NCBI RefSeq assembly: GCF_004010195.1
Contig: NC_057719.1
Span: 15,750,262 to 15,803,632, forward strand
Direction: 5' to 3'
Source: Chiloscyllium plagiosum
Taxonomy: Eukaryota
Length of the DNA stretch: 53,371 bases
Every line of letters starts with the position of its first letter. Within the stretch, counting starts at the first letter, position 1. Positions 46,158 through 53,371 of the stretch are shown here, piece by piece. A program made the position numbers and the translations under genes. The notes below the pieces were generated by a model. That model was given only the letters and a program-made list of their open reading frames with translations, was not told the DNA's origin and did no database searches.

Positions 46158-49100
46158 CCGAGGAGCAGGAAAATCGATGTTTCAGGCAGGAGCCCTTTAT
46201 CGAGAATGAGGCTGGAAGCCTCGGGGGGTGGAGAGATAAATGGGAGGGGGTGGGGCTGGGGAGAAGGTAGCTGGGAGTGCAGTAGGTGGATGGAGGAAGG
46301 GTTAAAGGTGATAGGTTGGAGAGGAGGGTGGAGCGAATAGGTGGGAAGGAAGATTGACAGGTGGGACAGGTCATGAGGATGGTGCTGAGCTGGAAGTTTG
46401 GAACAGGGGTGAGGTGGGGGGGGAGGGGTAATGAGGAAACTGATGCCCAGGGGTGAAGGGTTCCGAGGTGGAAGATGAGGCGTTCTTCCTCCAGGCATCG
46501 GGTGGTGAGGGAGTGGGGGTGGAGGAGGCCCAGGACCTGCATGACCTTGACAGAGTGGGAGGGGGAGTTGAAATGTTCGGCCACGGCATGGTGGGGTTGA
46601 TTGGTGCGGGTGTCCAGGAGATGTTCTCTGAAGCACTCTAAGAGAAGGAATCCAGTCTCCCCAATGTAAAGGAGACCACATCGGGAGCAACGGATGCAGT
46701 AAATGACATTTGTGGAAGAGGTGGTGAAACTTTGATGGATGTTGAAGGCTCCTTTGCGGCATTGGATGGAGGTAAGGGGAGCTATGGGCACAGGTTTTGC
46801 AATTCCTATGGTGGCAGGGAAAGGTGCCAGAAGGGGAGGGTGGTTTGTTGGGGTGTGGCGGGGGGGGGGGTGGACTTGACCAGGTAGCCACAGAGGGAAC
46901 GGTCTTTGTGGAAAGTGGATAGGGGTGGGGAGGGAAATATATCCCTGGTGATAGGGTCCATTTGTAGGTGACGGAAATATTGGCGGATGATGCGGTTTAC
47001 GCAGAGGTTAGTGGGGTGGAAGGTGAGGACCAGGGGGATTCTGTCCTTGTTGCAGTTAGAGAGGTGGATTTTGAGGGAAGAGGTGCTGCTCCTCCTGGGA
47101 GCAGATTACAGCGGAGGCGGAGGAATTGGGAATAGGGGATAGCATTTTTGCAGAAGGTAGGTGGGAGGAGGTATAATCCAGGTAGCTGTGAGAGTTGGTG
47201 AGTTTGTAAAAAATATCGGAGAACCAGTTCTACTACAGAACACACCAGATGGCCTCCTTTTTTTAATAGATATTTTTATTAAAAAGGAAGATTTTAAAGT
47301 TTTTTTTACAAAATTACAACAATAATACACCAAATGAGATTTTAAAAAACCACCTACTAATCTATTCTACAAACAACCAAAACATAAAATAGGATATCAT
47401 ACATTACTAACAATAAACAAATACATAACTAAATACATACACAAAATAGATTTATATCAAGTCATAACAAAACCCGTATTTATATGGGATTCTTCCTCCC
47501 AGGGGCCACCGAGCCAGCCAGAACCATTACCACGGCTAAACAAAGGCCCTGGACAACATGGCCGAAATATCTGTGTCAGTATAGTTCAAAAAGGAGATAA
47601 AATAATTCTATAAAATAATTCCGTTTTTTGGTGCACCATATTCGTAAGGAGGTCAAGGTGGATATATTCTATGACTATCCTGTGCCAGTTTGAAAGTCCT
47701 AGGGGACCTTCAGATACCCAGTTCACTAAAATATTTTTCCTCGCACAAAGGGAAAAGGTAGTGAATAATTTCTTCCCGTATACATCCAAAGAGGGGAAAT
47801 TTGGGGAGCCAAAGCGTAGGGACACTGGGTCCAATCCAATTCCATCCCCAAATTCTTTGTCAAGGCATTCGCTACTCTGTCCCAATACCTGTGGATCTTA
47901 AGGCATGTCCACAGACAATGCGTGAGAGTACCAACTTAGATTTTGCATTTAGGACACATTGGAGATGCTCCTGCCTTGAACTTTGCAAGTTGTTCAGGTG
48001 CCATGTGAGCCCTGTGAAGTATCTTCAATTGAGTAGCCTGAGTTCTGTTACAGATAAAGATCTTCCTGGCATTTTCCCAGACATCCTGCCACATTCCTAA
48101 GGAGATTTTCAACCCTAATTCTTCACTCCAGGTTTTATATAACCGTTCCATGTCCTTGATACCTTATTGCATAGTAAGTGGTAGAGAGGACTGACCGAGG
48201 GCAGACCCATTGGCCGAAGCACTCCCCTTTCCCTATCCGATTTATAAGGATTGATTATCAGTGTGGTCTTCTTTTGTATAAAGTCTCGTATTTGAAAATA
48301 TCGAAAGAGGTCCCTGCTGGGCAGCCCAAACCTCTGGCGCAGTTGCTCAAAGGACATCATGACCTCCCCATCGAACAGAGATACCTCTGGACTCCCAGAT
48401 TTTGAATATAGCATCAGTTAGCCCTGGCTGGAATCCTAATCTTCCCACTATAGGGGTATAAGGGGAGGTTTTTTGCAGGTTACTCTCCTCTTGTTGCATT
48501 ATCCTCCAGGCTTTGATTGTATTTAATACAATAGGATTTTTACAATAATCTGTAATAACTTTCATCTTGTCCATAAATAGTAAATTGAAGAGGGGACATT
48601 TTGCTTGGGAGGCTTCAATATCTAACCAGATTGATTGTGGGTCACAAGAGACCCAGTCAGCCACATAAGATAATCGGGAGTTCAATTGGTACCTCCTGAA
48701 ATCCGGCAAGTCCAGCACTCCCCTCACTTGTGCAAGCTGCAACTTTTGTAGTTTGATAAGGGGCTGTCTATGACTCCAAATAAAGGAGCCGAGCCAACCA
48801 TAAAGCTTAACGCAATGCCTGTCTTGGCAGCATCAAGGGGCACATTCTCATAGGGTATAAAAGACGAGGTAAAATATTCATCTTAAGTAAGTCTACTCTA
48901 CCTAATCAAGATATTTGGAGATCTTCCCAGCGTTGAGGGTCTTGTATTATTTTCCCTAATAAGTGTGTACAATTGGCTTTATATAGCTGACCAAGGCCTC
49001 CTCCTTTAAAGATTGTAATTTCCCCTCCCACGTGGTTGAAGATGCTCTCCAACACAACTCATCCACGTTCTGCACCTCCGCCCTCAAACCCCACCCCTCC

Positions 49101-49465
49101 AACCGCAACAAGGATAGAACCCCCCCGGTCCTCCCCTTCCACCCCTTCCACCCCACCAACCGCCACATAAACCGCATCATCCGCTGACATGACTGCCACC
49201 TACAAACAGACCCCACCACGAGGGATATATTTCCCTCCCCGCCCCTATCCGCTTTCCGCGAAGACCTTCCCTCCGTGACTACCTGGTCAGGCCCACACCC
49301 CGCAACCCCCAACAACCCACCCTCCCCTCCTAGCACCTTTCCCTACCACCGCCCACACCTCCCCCCTCACCTCCATCCAAGGCCCCAAAGGAGCACTTCC
49401 ACAAATGTCATTTATTGTATCCTTTGCTCCTGATGCGATCTCCTTTACGCTGCAGAGACTGGACG
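46158..49465. mobile_element. Neptune-type PLE with inverted arms (minus 46158-47217, plus 47218-49465), plus arm split by an L1
   Basis: Minus arm: VIYCIRCSRCGLLYIGETG and a terminal repeat with a degenerate hammerhead. Plus arm repeats the same RT-linker region. Confidence 0.85.
47259..48994 (-). mobile_element. L1-clade LINE 3' fragment (ORF2 C-terminus, 3' UTR, poly(A))
   Basis: LDLPDFRRY, QLKILHRAHMAP..CPKC cysteine-rich domain, A-rich end, TSD ggcctcct at 47251-47258 and 48995-49002. Confidence 0.88.
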
Positions 49466-52400
49466 CCTTCTCGCAGAGCGCTTCTTTCCCCTCTCACCCT
49501 AAACCTATGCCCTCTAGTTGTAGACTCCCCATCCCAGGGAAGAGACATTGTCTACTTCCCCGACCCATGCCCCTCATGATTTTGTAAACCCCTATAAGGT
49601 CACCCCTCGGCCTCCGATGCTCCAGGGAAAACCGCTCCATCCAATTCAACCTCTCATCTATAGCTCAAATGCTCCAACCCTGGCAACATCCTTGTAAATC
49701 TTTTCTGAACTCCTTCAAGTTTCACAACATCCTTCCGATAGGAAGGAGACCCCAGAAATGTAAGCAATATTCCAAAAGTGGTCTAAACAATGTCCTGTAT
49801 AGCCGCAACATGACCTCGCAACTCCTACACTCACTACTCTGACCAATAAAGGAAAGCATACCAAATGCTGCCTTCACTATGCTATCTACCTGTGACTCTA
49901 CTTCCAAGGAGCAATGAACCTGCACTGCAAGGTCTCTTTGTTCAGCAACACTCATTAGGACCTTACCACAAACATTCTGCCCGTATTCGGTCCATATCCT
50001 TCTGAACCCTCCTTATTCATGTAACCATCCAGATGCCTCTTAAATGTTGCCAACATGCCTGCTTCCATCACTTCTTCAGGCTCCTACCACTCTCTGCATG
50101 AAACACCTCCCTCGCACATCACCCTTAAACTTGCCCCCCCACACCTTGAACCTGTGCCCCCTTGTAATTGAAACTTCAACCCTGGAAAAAGCCTCTGACT
50201 CTATCTATGCCTTTCATATTTTTGTAGACCTCTATCAGGTCTCCTCTCAGCAGTTGTCTTTCTGGTGAAAACAATCCTACTCTTTTTAACCTTTTCTCAT
50301 AGCCAATGCCCTTGGGACCAGGCAACATCCTGATGAACCTTCTCTGCACTCTCTTCAAAGCTTCCACATCCTTTGGTGACCAAAACTCCGCACAATACTC
50401 CAAATGCAGCCTAACAAAGTCTTTATATAGAGGAGAGATTGACTAGGTTAGAATTGTTTATTCTGGAATTCAGATGAATGAGGGGGGTATTGCATAGAGA
50501 CTTCTAAAATTCTAATAGGACTAGATAGGGTAGATGCAGGGAAGATGTTCCTGATGGTGGGTGTGACCAGACTGTCTGAGGTTTTGGGGTAGACCATTTA
50601 GGATGGAGGTGAGGAGACATTCTTTCACCCAAAGAGTAGTGAGCCTGTGGAATTCATTACCACAGGAAGTATAATGCCAAAACATTGAATGTATTCAAGA
50701 AGTGGCTCGATGTAACACTGGGGGCGAATGGGATCAAAGGTTATGGGGAGAAACCAGGATTAGGCTATTGAGTTGGACAACCAGCCATCATCATAATGAA
50801 TAGCAGAGGAGGCTTGAAGAACCAAATGGCTTCCTCCTGTCCCATCTTCTATATTTCTATTTTTTTTTAACCAGCCTTGTCCTTTACTCTAACAGGAACA
50901 AAATACCTCTGAGTTCTCATCATCACACTCTTGAACGCCTCCCACTTGTCAGATGTCATTTTACCTGCGAACAGTCTACTCCAATCAACTTTTGAAAGTG
51001 CTTGTTTCATACCATTGAAATTTGCCTTACTCGAGTTAAAAGCTTTAACTTTTATGGAAGACTTATCCTTTTCCATAACCATTTTGAAACTAATAGAATT
51101 GTGATCGCTTGACTTAAAATGTTCCCCCTCTTTTACTTCAGTCACCTGCTCTGTCTTATTGCCCAAAATAAGGTCTAGTTTTACTCCTTCTCTAGTAGGA
51201 GCATCTACATATTGATAACGAAAGTTTTCTTGAACACATTTAACAAATTCTTTACCGATAAACCTTTAACATTATGGTAGTCCCAGTCTATGTTTGAAAA
51301 GTTAAAATCCCCATTTATTACAACTTATTGTGCTCACATATATCTGAAATTTCCCATATTTGTTTCTCCACTTCTGTCTTACTATTGGGGACGCCTATAG
51401 TACAATCCCCTCAGTGATTTTTCCTTTCATGTTTGTAATTTCTACCCATAGGGCGGCATGGTGGCTCAGTGGTTAGCACTGCTGCCGCACAGCGCCAGGG
51501 ACCTGAGTTAGATTCCTGCCTCAGGCAACTGTCTGTGTGGAGTTTGCACATTCTCCCTGTGTCTATGTGGGTTTCCTCAGGGTGCTCTGGGGTTTCCTCA
51601 CACAATCCAAAGATGTGCAAATCAGGTGAATTGGCCATACTGAGTTGCCCATAGTGTGAGGTGCATTAGTCAGAGGTAAATGTAGGGAAATGGGTCTGTG
51701 TGGGTTACTCTTCGGAGAGTCAATGTGGACTTGTTGGGCCAAATGGCCTGTTTCCACACTGTAGGGAATCTAATCTATTTTCACTGGATGATTTTTCAGA
51801 AATATCTTCCCTAGTTACAGCAGGAATATATTTCTTTATTCAAAAGTGCCACCACACCTTTTTTTACCTTCCTTTTCTGTCCTTCCTGTGGTATCTAAAA
51901 CCAATAAATTGGTTAAACGTGATTTGTCTTTGTTGAAACCATTTTGACGGTTCCCAATTGCCTTGAGGTTTTTTTAGGTGCACAATTTTCATAATTAATT
52001 CTAACATCTGCCCCAAACTGATCTTTAGCTAATGGCTTGCAGCTTCTTGTTTTCTGCCTCCTTTCTTGAATAGAGTTGTTTTCTTTGCTGCTTCCACTCT
52101 GATAGAATCTTTTCTGAATCTAATTTTGGAATCATTTTACAAAGTTAAGGACCTGGAGCTCCATCATTTTGCTTAGTACCACATCCCTTGTTTTGCTAAG
52201 TTCCTTTCTTCTACTTCCTGATTTACAGCTATTACTGGGGATTTTTTGTATCATCTGTATTGAAGACAGAAGCTAATAATTTGTTCATTATAAAACAACT
52301 CATTGTTCATTAGTAAACAACTCAGCAAATATCTCCTCAGGTGATTTGGCCAGTGATTTAGAGTCATAGAGCCATAGAAATGTACAGCATGGAAGCAGAC

Positions 52401-53245
52401 CCTTCGGTCCAACCTGTCCATGTCGACCAGATATCCCAACCCAATCTAGTCCCACCTGCCAGCACCCGGCCCATATCCCTCCAAACCCTTCCTATTCATA
52501 TGCCTATCTAAACGCCTCTTCAATGTTGTAATTGTACCAGCCTCCACCAATTCCTCTGGCAGCTCATTCCATACACGTACCACCCTCTGCGTGAAAAAGT
52601 TTCCCCTTAGGTCTCTTTTATATCTTTCCCCTCTCACCCTAAACCTATGCCCTATCGTTCTGGACTCCCCCACCTTGGGGAAAAGACTTTGCCTATTTAT
52701 CATATCCATGCCCCTCATAATTTTGTAAACCTCTATAAGGTCACCCCTCAGCTTCTGACGCTCCAGGGAAAACAGCCCCAGCCTGTTCAGCCTCTCCCTG
52801 TAGCTCAGATCCTCCAATCTTGGCAACATCCTTGTAAATCTTTTCAAGTTTCACAACATCTTTCCGATATGAAGGAGACCAACAGCCCCAGCCTGTTCAG
52901 CCTCTCCCTGTAGCTCAGATCCTCCAATCTTGGCAACATCCTTGTAAATCTTTTCAAGTTTCACAACATCTTTCCGATATGAAGGAGACCAGAATTGCAC
53001 GCAATATTCCAACAGTGGCCTAACCAATGTCCTGTACAGCTGCAACATGATCTCCCAACTCCTGTACTCAATACTCTGACCAATAAAGGAAAGCATTTTA
53101 GACACCTTCTTCATAAGACCATAAGACATAGGAGTGGAAGTAAGGCCATTCGGCCCATCGAGTCCACTCCGCCATTCAATCATGGCTGATGCGCATTTCA
53201 GCTCCACTTACCAGCGTTCCCCCCGTAGCCCTTAATTCCTCTAGA
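49466..53245. mobile_element. Cluster of CR1 fragments, mostly minus strand (plus at about 50430-50860)
   Basis: Repeated LEYCVQFWSP, RGDLIEVYK and SDHNSISF motifs and CR1 tails. Confidence 0.85.
51451..51775 (+). mobile_element. HE1 SINE, full length
   Basis: tRNA-like head, V-domain and aatct tail. Confidence 0.92.
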
Positions 53246-53251
53246 TGTGCT

Positions 53252-53371
53252 ACCCCGGTAACACATTCATTGAACATCATCAGAGACCCTTCCCACCCTG
53301 GTAACACTCTCATCTAACATAATCAGAGACCCCTCCCACCCCGGTAACAATCTCTTCCAACACCATCAGAG
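53252..53371 (+). repeat. Start of a roughly 44-bp tandem repeat cut by the window end
   Basis: Three units of ccc(c/t)ggtaaca...atcagagaccc. Confidence 0.7.

Overview
Eukaryotic, repeat-dominated DNA from a cartilaginous fish. The basis is HE1/V-SINEs plus HER1-type CR1 LINEs; a carpet or bamboo shark is likely but that is inference. Most of the window is nested, decayed retroelements: CR1, Penelope/Neptune-like elements (PLEs), Rex1/Babar, L1/Tx1, Gypsy and solo LTRs, SINEs and one TA-flanked MITE. Host-gene signal is sparse. On the minus strand there is a CpG-rich promoter and non-coding first exon near 8.5-8.8 kb and an 85-nt signal-peptide-like exon at 874-958. A second CpG-rich promoter lies near 33.4 kb. 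Three things stand out. (1) A population of short PLE terminal-repeat insertions carries minimal hammerhead ribozyme cores, including a 190-bp palindrome with an intact core on each strand. (2) A 1.8-kb SVA-like composite has a LINE-like head, a 31-bp VNTR and a Rex1-like tail. (3) A 2.7-kb pile-up of two polyadenylated retro-tails is repeated at one AGTCCTGTTT site beside the TATA box of a Gypsy LTR. Family names come from motif recognition, not database searches, and many boundaries are approximate.
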